DNA of 64,000 bases from Cellulosilyticaceae bacterium (lineage in GTDB: Bacteria > Bacillota > Clostridia > Lachnospirales > Cellulosilyticaceae). Positions 36,785 to 48,067 of the stretch are shown here, in pieces. The position numbers and the translations under genes were made by a program. The notes under the pieces are model-generated. The model did not search any database. It was not told where the DNA came from and worked only from the letters and a program-made list of their open reading frames with translations. The stretch's first letter is position 1; every line of letters starts with the position of its first letter. Location of the stretch: positions 12,568 to 76,567 of the forward strand of contig JBOGBZ010000042.1 in assembly GCA_051656485.1 (NCBI GenBank). Reading direction: 5' to 3'.

Positions 36785-38335
36785 TTACAGAATAGCATCT
36801 AGCCCACAAAGTGACCCCACTCCAAAAATACTAGCTGTCTCCCTTACCCAGTACGTATCTGAACAAATTGCCATATAAGCTTGAATACCTATATTTCCTA
36901 TTGCCTCTGACCCCAAGTAGAGACGGCTGGTGTAGGTAAGCAGTTTCTGCCCAGTCTCTTCTTTGCACCCACACTCATACCCTGGACCTTTCGGATTAGC
37001 CGTTGGCTGCAAACCACAATAATCTAAGTTACCAAACGTCGTAGGTGGTGTATCTCCTTGTGTAAGAATAGGATTTTGTGGACTTAATACTGGAGCCGAA
37101 AATCTTACATACACAATATCACATAGGTTAACACTAAAAGTAGCTGATCCATTGGTAATTTTGACTGTATCTCCATTAACACTAGCAATGGTATACGCTC
37201 CTCCTCCAAAAGAATTTCTCCTACTAAAAATGGTTATACCTGTAGCAGCTCTACTTAGTAATTGAGAGAATGCTATATACATACCTAGTTGACAGCAACA
37301 TACGATAGAGCCTGCTGGACCTTGTGCCCCTTGTGCCCCTTCAAATCCTGTTGGCCCTCTCCAACCCGTTGGTCCTGTACCTCCTGATATACCTGTTGGG
37401 CCTGTTGGTCCCGCTGGTCCCTGTGCACCAGTCCATCCTTCAATCCCCTGTGGTCCTTGTACCCCTGTGGGTCCTATATCGCCGGTCCAACCTGTTGCAC
37501 CGGTTGGTCCTGTTGGTCCCGTCCAGCCTGTTGGGCCTGTTGGTCCCGTCCAGCCTGTTGGGCCTGTTGGTCCCGTCCAACCCAAGTCACCTGTCCAACC
37601 CGTCCAACCCAATGGACCTGTTGGCCCTTCTGGACCTGTTGGTCCCGATGGACCTCTAGGCCCTGCTGGACCTACTGATCCTGTATCTCCTGTATCTCCT
37701 GTTGGGCCTGTTTGGCCTATTGGACCTTGAGGACCTTGCACACCTCTTGGACCTATTGCCCCTTGGAACCCTGTAATCCCTACGCTACCTTGTATCCCTG
37801 TATCTCCTGTTGGTCCTTTGGCCCCTTGTGGACCTGTTGGACCTTGAGCTCCTCTTGGACCTGTTGGACCTGTAACTCCCTTAGGTCCTAATGGTCCTGT
37901 ATCACCCATTGGCCCTTCTGGCCCCTGTATACCGGTTCCACCTGTTGGCCCTTGAGGTCCATCTAGGCCTGTTGGACCTGTTGGGCCTTGGGGACCTGTT
38001 GGTCCTGTTATGCCTCTCGCTCCCTGTGGTCCTGTATCTCCTATCGCCCCTGTGGGCCCTGTATCTCCCGTCTCACCCTGTGGGCCCGTTGGACCTTTAG
38101 GACCTTGTGGACCTGTAATACCTGTAATACCTGTTGGACCTGTTGGACCTGTTGAACCTGTGACTCCTTTAGGGCCTGTTGGCCCTATGAGACCTCTTGG
38201 ACCTATGTCACCTGTCGCACCTGTTGGACCCATACACTGACTGGTACAACACGTCACTTGACTGTTATCTACTGTTGGTGTCATATTTTGAACTTGTGTT
38301 CCTTGACATTGATTACAAGAACAATTGTTATTCAT
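36785..38335 (-). CDS. Collagen-like (BclA-like) protein 2 with homologous Cys-rich C-terminal domain
   Basis: 516 aa. 35-aa Cys-rich N-terminus (..VTCCTSQCM), ~102 G-X-Y triplets, 174-aa CTD ([17 protein letters not shown]). Confidence 0.85.
   Translation of the reverse strand: MNNNCSCNQCQGTQVQNMTPTVDNSQVTCCTSQCMGPTGATGDIGPRGLIGPTGPKGVTGSTGPTGPTGITGITGPQGPKGPTGPQGETGDTGPTGAIGDTGPQGARGITGPTGPQGPTGPTGLDGPQGPTGGTGIQGPEGPMGDTGPLGPKGVTGPTGPRGAQGPTGPQGAKGPTGDTGIQGSVGITGFQGAIGPRGVQGPQGPIGQTGPTGDTGDTGSVGPAGPRGPSGPTGPEGPTGPLGWTGWTGDLGWTGPTGPTGWTGPTGPTGWTGPTGPTGATGWTGDIGPTGVQGPQGIEGWTGAQGPAGPTGPTGISGGTGPTGWRGPTGFEGAQGAQGPAGSIVCCCQLGMYIAFSQLLSRAATGITIFSRRNSFGGGAYTIASVNGDTVKITNGSATFSVNLCDIVYVRFSAPVLSPQNPILTQGDTPPTTFGNLDYCGLQPTANPKGPGYECGCKEETGQKLLTYTSRLYLGSEAIGNIGIQAYMAICSDTYWVRETASIFGVGSLCGLDAIL
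37310..38230. repeat. G-X-Y collagen-like coding repeat
   Basis: ~307 codons of uninterrupted triplets, including a cluster of GWT triplets. Confidence 0.85.
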
Positions 38336-38654
38336 ACCCTACTACTCCTCCTTTACACCATGACTAAAATCTTCTTACTGCTTTGTACCTTCCCAGCTCA
38401 TTTCATACTTACATGTTGACCTCTCATACCACACCTACATATGACTTTTATTTGTTCTCCTGTTGTGTGTAGAAGAATAGGTTATTTTCTTCTTCACTAT
38501 CAATTTATGCAACTTCTTGTAAAATGTTATTGAAATTTTTTCTCCATTAAGCATCTATTTCCTCTTTGTTAGTGTGCTCGATTTATACATGTCTCTATTG
38601 AAAAGGATATAGAGGTTCATTCCCTATATCCTTTTATTTTGTTCTCTTACCTCT

Positions 38655-40166
<1,512 letters not shown>

Positions 40167-40232
40167 ATAGTTGTTCTCCCCCTCTACTCATCAAACAAAG
40201 AATTTTTTCAAATCTTTTAGGTTCTTCATTAC

Positions 40233-40259
40233 TAATGTATGCACATTTATTTAAAATGT
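40233..40259 (-). promoter_or_regulatory. sigmaK-type promoter-like motif for collagen-like gene 3
   Basis: Minus strand reads AC-N16-CATACATTA, 67 nt upstream of ATG 40166. A near-identical block (..AACATTTTA..) with a CATAAATTG -10 precedes gene 2 near 38500-38545. Confidence 0.4.
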
Positions 40260-40434
40260 TATTAGATTCAACCTGTTTTTACAGTTAGTTCTTTATTCTT
40301 TACATGATTTTTTTACTTCCCATCCATTATTTAGTGATATCTTCCTATTTCATACAATTTTCCTCTGATACCATTCTCATCTTTTTATGAGAGGCATATA
40401 ATATATAGAATCTATTTTTAAGAGGTATTTTACT

Positions 40435-40728
40435 ATGAATTTTTGGGACTCATTGGAAGAAGAACTTACTGTTACCTTAGAGGAACCTTTTGATATTTTG
40501 TTTCAGCAACAACCTATACTTTATTTAGAATGGGAGCCCGATCTCCCCTCATGCGTTGAAGTGGTAGATAAAAAAGTTAACTTAAAAAGTTTGATTGATG
40601 AAGTTACGGCTACTTTTGTCTGCCATGAAGCTGGTGATCATACTTTAACATTTCTTTACCGTAAACAGTGTTGCGATCGTCGTGTTATCTCTACACGCAC
40701 TTACCATATTCATGCAGTAGAAAAATAA
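40435..40728 (+). CDS. Hypothetical small protein
   Basis: 97 aa, AAGAGG RBS, followed by a weak hairpin. No family recognised. Confidence 0.4.
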   Translation: MNFWDSLEEELTVTLEEPFDILFQQQPILYLEWEPDLPSCVEVVDKKVNLKSLIDEVTATFVCHEAGDHTLTFLYRKQCCDRRVISTRTYHIHAVEK

Positions 40729-40810
40729 ACAAAAAACACCTTATTGGAACTCGCCTTCCATAGGGTGTTTCTTGCTTGTAGTTATTTGTAGTTTTTTATA
40801 GTTGTCTTTA

Positions 40811-41662
40811 CTAATACAATTCAACAATTCTCATGTTTATATTTGCCACTTCAGCACCTAATGTTCCTGTCTCATAGCCAAGTTCTAAATTATGACATCC
40901 CGTTGGTACTGTAACAATTGCACCACCTGAAATTGCCAATAATCCATCTGCTCCCACATTTGTTTGAATAGAATTAGCTGAGCCTGCAACAGGTACACTA
41001 TCTAGTAAAAGTTGTAATGTTGCACTCCCTGGATCATTCAATGGATCAACAGCCCCACTCCATTCGACAAGGTAGGTATGTGGTCCTCTTATTTGAAGTG
41101 GATTATCTTGACATACGGCACATCCCATTTTTGAAAATACTGTATCTATAGGTATAATCCCTGCAGTACCACCCACAAGAAGTGTTGCACCATTTGTGCC
41201 TACATGAGCACTTCCTTTAACTGGATATGGCATTGGTGGGCATGGCGTTGGTGGACATGGCGTTGGTGGGCATGGTCTTGGTGGACATGGCGTTGGTGGA
41301 CATGGCGTTGGTGGGCATGGTCTTGGTGGACATGGCGTTGGTGGGCATGGTCTTGGTGGGCATGGCGTTGGTGGACATGGTCTTGGTGGGCATGGCGTTG
41401 GTGGACATGCGCATGATGTTCGACATAGACATAATGGTTGGCTAGGACATGATTGTGCGCATGAGCATTGGCAAGGACATGATTGTGCACATGAGCATTG
41501 GCAAGTACTTGGCACATAAATAGGCTTTGGATACTGCGTCTGTCCAGTACATTGGCATTGATTAACTCTACTCATTTCAGATACCTGACCACTACATTTA
41601 CTAGGTTTATATCTACATCCTCCTTGAGGTAGACATATATCATTTTCAATATAAGGCTTCAT
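40811..41662 (-). CDS. Cys/Pro-rich stalk protein with BclA-CTD/C1q-like C-terminal domain (paralog of 26546..27202)
   Basis: 283 aa, TAGGAGG RBS. 12 tandem CPPxP pentapeptides. The C-terminal domain is highly similar to that of 26546 (IPIDTVFSK..GPHTYLVEWSGAVDPLNDPGSA..ANINMRIVELY). Confidence 0.7.
   Translation of the reverse strand: MKPYIENDICLPQGGCRYKPSKCSGQVSEMSRVNQCQCTGQTQYPKPIYVPSTCQCSCAQSCPCQCSCAQSCPSQPLCLCRTSCACPPTPCPPRPCPPTPCPPRPCPPTPCPPRPCPPTPCPPTPCPPRPCPPTPCPPTPCPPMPYPVKGSAHVGTNGATLLVGGTAGIIPIDTVFSKMGCAVCQDNPLQIRGPHTYLVEWSGAVDPLNDPGSATLQLLLDSVPVAGSANSIQTNVGADGLLAISGGAIVTVPTGCHNLELGYETGTLGAEVANINMRIVELY
41229..41408. repeat. In-frame 15-bp tandem repeat, 12 copies
   Basis: GGCGTTGGTGG(G/A)CAT alternating with GGTCTTGGTGG(G/A)CAT. 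Encodes (CPPTP/CPPRP)n on the minus strand. Confidence 0.9.
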
Positions 41663-41796
41663 ATTTATTCCTCCTATTAATTTTATATAGTTAATTAATA
41701 TAAACTATACTATATGATACTCATCCTCTCTACATTTGGTTAATGATTTACCTTATTTTTGTAGCAAGCTCTATGGTATTTTCATTGTTTGTTATA

Positions 41797-41834
41797 AATA
41801 AAGGAGTATCTCTAATCAAAGATACTCCTTTATT
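41797..41834 (-). terminator. Rho-independent terminator of 41843..42457
   Basis: AAAGGAGTATCT, 8-nt loop, AGATACTCCTTT, flanked by A/T runs. Confidence 0.7.
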
Positions 41835-41842
41835 TATAGCCA

Positions 41843-42457
41843 TTACTTACACATCGTATATCCAGTGTTTATTGCATATCCTTGATTACAAGAGCATTGT
41901 TGTGTTGGTGGTGGACATGGTTGGGGACATGGTTGGGGACATGGTTGGGGGCATGGTGGTACTGGTGGTGGACATGGTGGTACTGGTGATGTGCCACATG
42001 TACAGGGTTTACTAGGTACTACTGTTGGTTTTTGTGTATTGCATGGTGTATAGCCTGAACCATTACAAACACCACAATTACCTTGTGTATCTAAAATAAC
42101 TTCATTACCTGTAGTTGCTTTATTGACAATTATTTTGTAACAAGACATATCATCTGAGCATACATCAAATTGATAGAAACCTTCACAGTTTGTTACAGTA
42201 TGTGCAACACCAAGATATTCTGTTTTTCCATTTGTACAAACAACTTTAACAAGTTTTGCTAATGCATTAACAATAGGATCGCCATTACAATTAACAACGC
42301 GCCCCCATACACGCTTCGCACTAAACTCATCAACGACAACGTCTGCTCTTACTTCTGAACTTTGGCAAACATCTGGTGTATTCAGATTAATATCAATAGA
42401 GTTTCCTACTGTAACACTTGATGTATTACAGCCACTATTACTATAATAATTACTCAT
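41843..42457 (-). CDS. Ig-like (carboxypeptidase-regulatory-like) domain protein with Pro/Cys stalk (paralog of 27362..28078)
   Basis: 204 aa from the ATG behind TAGGAGG. The head is ~85% identical to the 27362 protein. Tail PPCPPPVPPCPQPCPQPCPQPCPPP. Confidence 0.7.
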   Translation of the reverse strand: MSNYYSNSGCNTSSVTVGNSIDINLNTPDVCQSSEVRADVVVDEFSAKRVWGRVVNCNGDPIVNALAKLVKVVCTNGKTEYLGVAHTVTNCEGFYQFDVCSDDMSCYKIIVNKATTGNEVILDTQGNCGVCNGSGYTPCNTQKPTVVPSKPCTCGTSPVPPCPPPVPPCPQPCPQPCPQPCPPPTQQCSCNQGYAINTGYTMCK

Positions 42458-42489
42458 TTTCAAATACCTCCTAAATAATTTTCATACTT

Positions 42490-42517
42490 TACTATATGAA
42501 GAAGAAATTCTTATTGT
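42490..42517 (-). promoter_or_regulatory. sigmaK-type promoter-like motif for 41843..42457
   Basis: Minus strand reads AC-N17-CATATAGTA, same -10 as the paralogous promoter at 28111. Confidence 0.45.
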
Positions 42518-42635
42518 TACTAATATTTTCGCAATTATTAAGTATATCCTCTTTTTTACTGAATATGTTATTACACTTATATTAATATATATTTTTCCCT
42601 TTTTTTACTTTTTATCAATCTTTGTCTTCTTTGTT

Positions 42636-42644
42636 CATATACTA
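42636..42644 (+). promoter_or_regulatory. sigmaK-type -10-like element for cassette 3
   Basis: CATATACTA, conserved with 28274..28282. No AC at -35 spacing, so weaker. Confidence 0.3.
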
Positions 42645-42686
42645 GCATTGAAACTATTTTAAGTAATAAAAGGAGGCTATTTATTT

Positions 42687-43175
42687 ATGTCTACATTTAA
42701 TCGATCCCTCATAGAATATGATGGGATTGTATCCTATGACACTATGCGTTGCATCGAAATTACTCCCAATACTTTTAAACAATTTAATATTGATATGGAG
42801 CTTTGTGTCCCTTGTGAAAAACCAAGTATTGAGCAGATCGTCAAGGTAACAACAGAACCTTGTGTACTTAAACAGGTTATTCTTCGTACCCCTTGCGGTA
42901 CATCTCCAGAAGGGATTATCCTAACAGGCTATAAATTACTTGTTATGGGCGAAGTTGGTGTCAAAATTAAGTATGTGGCCTTAGAAGCCGAACAAAGTGT
43001 TCATACAGTACATGCAATACTCCCTTTCTGCACTTCGCTCATACTCCCTTTAGATTTTACTCATTTAAGTGCCGTATCATCCAAAGTATACGTAGAAGAT
43101 GCCTTGATTGATCAACGAGGGGATCGCTTTATGTTTGTTAATATTACATTAATGCTTATCGCACAATCTTGTTAG
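42687..43175 (+). CDS. Cassette 3, protein A: small SPOCS-like protein
   Basis: 162 aa, AAGGAGG RBS. About 80% identical to cassette 1 A. Confidence 0.75.
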   Translation: MSTFNRSLIEYDGIVSYDTMRCIEITPNTFKQFNIDMELCVPCEKPSIEQIVKVTTEPCVLKQVILRTPCGTSPEGIILTGYKLLVMGEVGVKIKYVALEAEQSVHTVHAILPFCTSLILPLDFTHLSAVSSKVYVEDALIDQRGDRFMFVNITLMLIAQSC

Positions 43176-43188
43176 GAGGTTAGCCTAG

Positions 43189-43671
43189 ATGTTTAAATAC
43201 GATTATTCACCAAGTTCTACTTTACCTTGTTATGCTGAATATTTCAAAGATACTGTCATTCAAGAAATCCTTACACTCCCAAGTGAAAAGCCAGATATAG
43301 AGCGCATTCAAAATATTATGGTATGGCCTCAAATAGAAGATATAAAACTTATTCCAACTGAAAAAGGGGTTTCTAATGAAGGGCAAGTACTAACTGGCCT
43401 TAAACTCCTTGTAAAACTTCGTCTTAAACAAAAAGTACTCTACGTAGCCGATCGTTGTACCCAATCTCTCCATGCTGCACATTTTGACAATATTACAAAT
43501 CTTTTTATTGTCGTACCTGAAACCATTAACTGCGAATCTATATGTACTTTATTTGCCAAAGGTCAACTTCGTGTCATTCCTTATATAGAGACTGTTCAAT
43601 TTCGAATGTTAGATTCTCGTACTATTTATAAATGTGTATCGGTATTCGTCAATATGGAAGTTTTGAAATAG
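43189..43671 (+). CDS. Cassette 3, protein B: small SPOCS-like protein
   Basis: 160 aa, TAGGAGG RBS. About 88% identical to cassette 1 B. Confidence 0.75.
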   Translation: MFKYDYSPSSTLPCYAEYFKDTVIQEILTLPSEKPDIERIQNIMVWPQIEDIKLIPTEKGVSNEGQVLTGLKLLVKLRLKQKVLYVADRCTQSLHAAHFDNITNLFIVVPETINCESICTLFAKGQLRVIPYIETVQFRMLDSRTIYKCVSVFVNMEVLK

Positions 43672-43686
43672 AAAGGTGGATAGAAA

Positions 43687-44871
43687 ATGCTAATCACGAA
43701 AAGTGCAAATGTAACAGAAGCTGTCGTTGGTGATATCATCACTTATGTACTTGATGTGGAAAATGATGATTCCTTCGACTATATTAATGTGCTCATTAAA
43801 GACTTATTAACACCTGAACTAAACTTTGTAGAAGGTAGTGTCTCAATTATGGGGATACCTTATCCTGTTGCTAGTATCTTATCAGGTATAGATATTGGCA
43901 AACTTCTTGCTGGAGCTGTTACGAGGGTTACCTTCCTAGCTGAAATCATAGCCTCCCCATCTGCAAATGCTCTAACCAATATCAGTACGGGCTACTTCAA
44001 GTATCTCACCCCACTTGGTCAAACCATTATTGAAACGGTAGATAGTAATGCCTATACCCTTACCGTTTCTACTGCTGAGATTACTGTCACAAAGACTGCC
44101 GATAAAGTAACTGCTTCTTATAGCTCTATTATTACTTATACCATAGAAGTAGCCAATACAGGTGACCTTGATGCTTATTCTGTAAGTTTTAAGGATATAA
44201 TTCCCACATGTCTTACATTCATTCCAAATAGTTTTACAGTGGATGGGATAGTGGTTAATGATGTTAACCTAGCTCAAGGTGTAGATCTAGGTACACTCCT
44301 ATCCAGAGATACAGTTGTACTTACCTACCAAGGCCGTGTATCTAGTCCTACTGGTTGTGAAATATGTAATACTGCTTTTGTTGAATACGAGTATGTTCAA
44401 CTTAATGGGGTAACAGGTACAAAGCTTTCTAATGCTTCAACGGTATGCGTTGAGTCACGTATGTCTTTCAAACAACTTATGCTTGATAAGTACTGTGAAG
44501 TCCCCGATGTCAAACCAAGTATTCAGGATCTTAATGACGAAGTATCTGTGGATATCCAGATTGCTAATTCGTACCCTATCCAAACGATTATCTCTACTTC
44601 TGTGGGTGGTCAGACCCTGACAGGGTATAAACTTATTGTTCATGGCACTATTTGCATTAGTATTGAGTATACAGCTGCCCTTCCAACCCATCCTGTACAT
44701 TCTTACCACTGTACCTTACCTTTTGGTACATTTATTATTCTTCCTGCTGATTATCAACTTAATCAGCAAGTAGAAGTTAATGCCATTATCGAAAATGTTG
44801 AAGCTGATATGCTCAGTCCACGTGGCGTCTTCACAAATGTTACTTTGTTGTTAATTGCTCGTGTACGTTAA
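43687..44871 (+). CDS. Cassette 3, protein C: 2x DUF11 + C-terminal SPOCS-like domain
   Basis: 394 aa. VGDIITYVLDVEND and YSSIITYTIEVANTGDLDA. Collinear with cassette 1 C. Confidence 0.75.
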   Translation: MLITKSANVTEAVVGDIITYVLDVENDDSFDYINVLIKDLLTPELNFVEGSVSIMGIPYPVASILSGIDIGKLLAGAVTRVTFLAEIIASPSANALTNISTGYFKYLTPLGQTIIETVDSNAYTLTVSTAEITVTKTADKVTASYSSIITYTIEVANTGDLDAYSVSFKDIIPTCLTFIPNSFTVDGIVVNDVNLAQGVDLGTLLSRDTVVLTYQGRVSSPTGCEICNTAFVEYEYVQLNGVTGTKLSNASTVCVESRMSFKQLMLDKYCEVPDVKPSIQDLNDEVSVDIQIANSYPIQTIISTSVGGQTLTGYKLIVHGTICISIEYTAALPTHPVHSYHCTLPFGTFIILPADYQLNQQVEVNAIIENVEADMLSPRGVFTNVTLLLIARVR

Positions 44872-44886
44872 CTTTTAATAAGCCTC

Positions 44887-44915
44887 AAAAAGCTAGGACT
44901 AAGTCTTAGCTTTTT
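44887..44915 (+). terminator. Rho-independent terminator of cassette 3
   Basis: AAAAAGCTAGGAC-TAA-GTCTTAGCTTTTT (one G-U pair). Confidence 0.65.
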
Positions 44916-44998
44916 ATTTCCTGTATATAGTAAAAGCTCTTCCTTTTAAAACAGACTATTTGTCCTAACTTCAAGGAAGAGCTTTGATAAGTTTTATG

Positions 44999-46075
44999 TT
45001 ATTTTTGTATGTCCAGTGACTCAAAATATTTTGTATTTGATACGATAGATGGATTATCTGGATTCCATACTCTTGCTCTCTCATTTGCTTCATAAGATTT
45101 TTTCACATCGCCTACTTGGAAATAGCATACACATAATTCTAAGGCCGGCCTCCATGTCCAATATTCTATATAAGTAAAGCCCATCTGATCTTCTGGCATC
45201 TTTGCATTTTCAATACTTGCATACCAAAAAATAGCTTCTTCATATCTGTTTGCATCTTGATAAATCTTCCCTAGTCTATAAAGTATTTCACCCCTTGGTG
45301 TTGCTATTGGAAATGCTTTAAATAAAGTTTGCTTTGCCTCTTCTACCTTGCCAATGGCATTGTAACTATCAGCAATTTTGCAAATACTATCAATCTTTTC
45401 TTCTATCCATATAGGTTGTTCTAGTAAGCTTTCTAATACTTCTATTGCTTCTTCATGCATTTGATGATAATAAAGTTCTTTTCCGTAGTAATAAATATCT
45501 CTCTGCGAAAAGGGAATACCTTCTGCTAACTTTTTCTTATAAATATTCAAATTACGATCTGGATTGCCATGTACACGTCTATGAGTTACACAAATATCTG
45601 CATCAATACTCTTTCCTCTAGCGCCTCCTATATATTCATGTATAAAACCTATCCATTTAAAACCATTACCTCTTTTCACAAGCCTTTCTCTTCTAAAAAC
45701 AAGGGTGGGGTTACCTTTTTCGTCGGATGCATAATTATATTTAAAAGTAACACAGTCCACACCTTTTGTCAGGGTGTTTTTTAATTCTCTTAACTTAGCT
45801 ACATCTTCTTCTAGCATGACGTCATCTGCATCCAACCATAAGATATAGTCTTTTGTAGCGTGCTCAAAAGAGTAATTTCTCGCTGCTGCAAAATCATCAA
45901 TCCATTTAAAGTCAAAAATGCGGTCTGTATACTGACTTGCAATTTCTCTGGTTTTGTCCGTAGCTCCTGTGTCCACAATATTGATTTCATCTACTACATC
46001 TTTTACAGACTCAAGACAGTTACCTAGTACATCTTCTTCGTTTTTTACAATCATGCATAAACTAATAGTAATCAT
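44999..46075 (-). CDS. GT2 (GT-A) glycosyltransferase fused to C-terminal TPR repeats (SunS-like architecture)
   Basis: 358 aa. MITISLCMIVKNEED..CLESVKDVVDEINIVDTGATDKTR..WIDDFAAARN..WLDADDV, then a TPR half. Paralog of 25392..26456. Confidence 0.8.
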   Translation of the reverse strand: MITISLCMIVKNEEDVLGNCLESVKDVVDEINIVDTGATDKTREIASQYTDRIFDFKWIDDFAAARNYSFEHATKDYILWLDADDVMLEEDVAKLRELKNTLTKGVDCVTFKYNYASDEKGNPTLVFRRERLVKRGNGFKWIGFIHEYIGGARGKSIDADICVTHRRVHGNPDRNLNIYKKKLAEGIPFSQRDIYYYGKELYYHQMHEEAIEVLESLLEQPIWIEEKIDSICKIADSYNAIGKVEEAKQTLFKAFPIATPRGEILYRLGKIYQDANRYEEAIFWYASIENAKMPEDQMGFTYIEYWTWRPALELCVCYFQVGDVKKSYEANERARVWNPDNPSIVSNTKYFESLDIQK

Positions 46076-46136
46076 ATTTCCTCTCTCCTAACCATGCATA
46101 TACTTTTTTTATACCTCATGATGCAAAGCCTTAGTA

Positions 46137-46171
46137 CAAAAGCAACTCATTGACTAGATGAGTTGCTTTTG
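46137..46171 (-). terminator. Rho-independent terminator after 46177..46764
   Basis: CAAAAGCAACTCAT-TGACTAG-ATGAGTTGCTTTTG. Confidence 0.7.
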
Positions 46172-46176
46172 TAAGA

Positions 46177-46764
46177 TTAGAACGTACATCTAGTCATGTT
46201 GTTCTGATACTGATAGTTTTGTTGTGGTTTAGGACATGGAGAAGGCGGTGGGCATGGCGGTGGGCATGGTGATGGGCATGGTGGAGGGCATGGTGGAGGA
46301 CATGGTGGAGGACATGGTGGAGGACATGGTGGGGCACAGGAATCTGCTATAATGGGATGATACTCCTGACATGGGTCATATCCCTCCCCTGTACATGCTT
46401 GGCAATTACCAGTTCCTGTACATATAACTTTTTCTGGCCCTGTATATGACTTCCCTACAAGTATTTTATACTTTTCATTGCCATTACAGTTACAAAGATC
46501 AAACTGATAGAAGCCTTCACAGTCACTAATGGTATGTGCTATGCCTTGATATTGTATGCCATGTGTAGTACATACTACCTTTACTAATTTTAGAAGTGCT
46601 TCTGCTACTGGCTCATTGGTACAATCTCTAATTTGCCCCCATAATCTTATGGCATTACCTGCTGTTGACTCTACAATAACATCCGCTCTAATTTCTGCTA
46701 CTTCATGATCTGTAAGTCGAATGTCTATGGAATTCCCATTAATGTATTTATTTGAACAACTCAT
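46177..46764 (-). CDS. Ig-like (carboxypeptidase-regulatory-like) domain protein with (CPPP)n stalk
   Basis: 195 aa from the ATG behind AAGGAG. Head IRLWGQIRDCTNEPVAEALLKLVKVV..SDCEGFYQFDL. Tail CAPPCPPPCPPPCPPPCPPPCPSPCPPPCPPP. Confidence 0.7.
   Translation of the reverse strand: MSCSNKYINGNSIDIRLTDHEVAEIRADVIVESTAGNAIRLWGQIRDCTNEPVAEALLKLVKVVCTTHGIQYQGIAHTISDCEGFYQFDLCNCNGNEKYKILVGKSYTGPEKVICTGTGNCQACTGEGYDPCQEYHPIIADSCAPPCPPPCPPPCPPPCPPPCPSPCPPPCPPPSPCPKPQQNYQYQNNMTRCTF
46244..46337. repeat. In-frame 12-bp tandem repeat (~8 copies)
   Basis: GGTGGAGGACAT and variants. Encodes CPPP units on the minus strand. Coordinates approximate. Confidence 0.8.
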
Positions 46765-46848
46765 CTCATTCTCCTTTCCTATTTCCACAAGTGTATTAAA
46801 TGATAGGTAATTAATCCCTTATATATTATGCAATGATTACCATTTTTG

Positions 46849-48042
46849 TTACTCTATTACCATTGCCAATATTTCCACCAAACAGCTTATATAAAATCCT
46901 TGCGTACTTTCTAACACATACTGTACATTGGCTACTTCGCCGTTAACTTTGATAAGTTTTCTACTATTATAGTGTCTAGGCAACATAATAGCTGTATGAA
47001 ATGGCAATGCATATTGGATATAATGCATGCCCCTTTCGTTTCCACTCATATAACTCACTTCTATTTTCAGAATACTATTGACCATCATCTGGGTCCCAGT
47101 CAATCTACTTCCATCCAAAGATAGGCCTGTAGGTATATTTACCATATAGTATTCCTGTATATCTATACTAGCTTCAATCGCATCTATCTCTGTGATTGCT
47201 GTTTCTCCCTTTGGCAATATAAGATATTTGTCAATAAGCTCTTGCCTAAAGCATCGCATCCCATTGTCTATTGCTAGGATATTGGATTGAAAAGTTTGCA
47301 TACCTATAGTGTCATCAGGTAATAAGTATGTACCTATGATTTGGGTTTCGTTCACAAGTTGCAGGTCACTTGATCCCTCTTGTATGATGACTTGATAGGT
47401 TAAGTTCCTCGTATCTCCTACTTTGATAGCCTGTATATTGATCCCTTTGCCTAGATTATCTAAATGGATATTTTTATCATCTAAGTACACACTTCCTAAT
47501 ACTAGTTCTAATCCGGGTGAGAATGTATTTTGAACCCTTACATTAATAAAATCTAAATCGCCTTTATTGGTTAAGTTGATTTGATATGTTACTTGGTCTC
47601 CAATACTTCCATAGGCTTTGTCCTGCTTACTTTCTACACTTATAAAAGGTGTATAAATGGACAAATAACATACGTTGCTTTCTGCATGCATCAGATACCT
47701 TTTGTTAGTCAGGGGCTCTTGATAGGCGTAGGTTACATTTGTCTGACTACTTAGCTCATTTTCTAATGGTGCCGACAGTATTTTAACTTTGTACTGTATC
47801 ATATACCCCTGCTCCATACCTGGCGATAATGCTTCTATCTTGATACCAGCTATGATATCTTCATCCCGTTGTATGTTATTGCAATACAAACTTCCTTGTA
47901 TAAACTTGATGTGTTCATTCATACTATCACTTACCAGAATATCTTCAATGCTGTAGGATGCATCATTCCAAATAGCAACTTGATACGTTATCTCTTCTCC
48001 TACTACTGCATGTGGTGTTTGGACTGATTTTACAATAATCAC
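46849..48042 (-). CDS. Cassette 4, protein C: 2x DUF11 + C-terminal SPOCS-like domain
   Basis: 397 aa from GTG 48042, 6 nt after GGGGGG; this gives VIIVKSVQT, matching the MIITK/MLITK starts of the paralogs. VGEEITYQVAIWND and IGDQVTYQINLTNKGDLDF. Confidence 0.7.
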   Translation of the reverse strand: MIIVKSVQTPHAVVGEEITYQVAIWNDASYSIEDILVSDSMNEHIKFIQGSLYCNNIQRDEDIIAGIKIEALSPGMEQGYMIQYKVKILSAPLENELSSQTNVTYAYQEPLTNKRYLMHAESNVCYLSIYTPFISVESKQDKAYGSIGDQVTYQINLTNKGDLDFINVRVQNTFSPGLELVLGSVYLDDKNIHLDNLGKGINIQAIKVGDTRNLTYQVIIQEGSSDLQLVNETQIIGTYLLPDDTIGMQTFQSNILAIDNGMRCFRQELIDKYLILPKGETAITEIDAIEASIDIQEYYMVNIPTGLSLDGSRLTGTQMMVNSILKIEVSYMSGNERGMHYIQYALPFHTAIMLPRHYNSRKLIKVNGEVANVQYVLESTQGFYISCLVEILAMVIE

Positions 48043-48067
48043 TTTGTTCCCCCCAATTGACACACTT

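Noticed and set aside
37467-37730. Long plus-strand and alternative-frame ORFs inside the three collagen-like genes (e.g. 37467..37730 'GPVGPV..', 38010..38240, 39568..39885, 36340..36717).
   Set aside because: These are mirror-frame artefacts. The reverse complement of GGN-CCN-ACN repeats again lacks stop codons and even encodes Gly/Pro-rich strings. Only the minus-strand frames have RBSs, non-repetitive N- and C-terminal domains and terminators.
41229-41408. Regularly spaced short repeats that could at first glance suggest a CRISPR array.
   Set aside because: The units are 12-42 bp, directly abutting with no unique spacers, and in frame within well-supported genes. No cas genes or leader are present.
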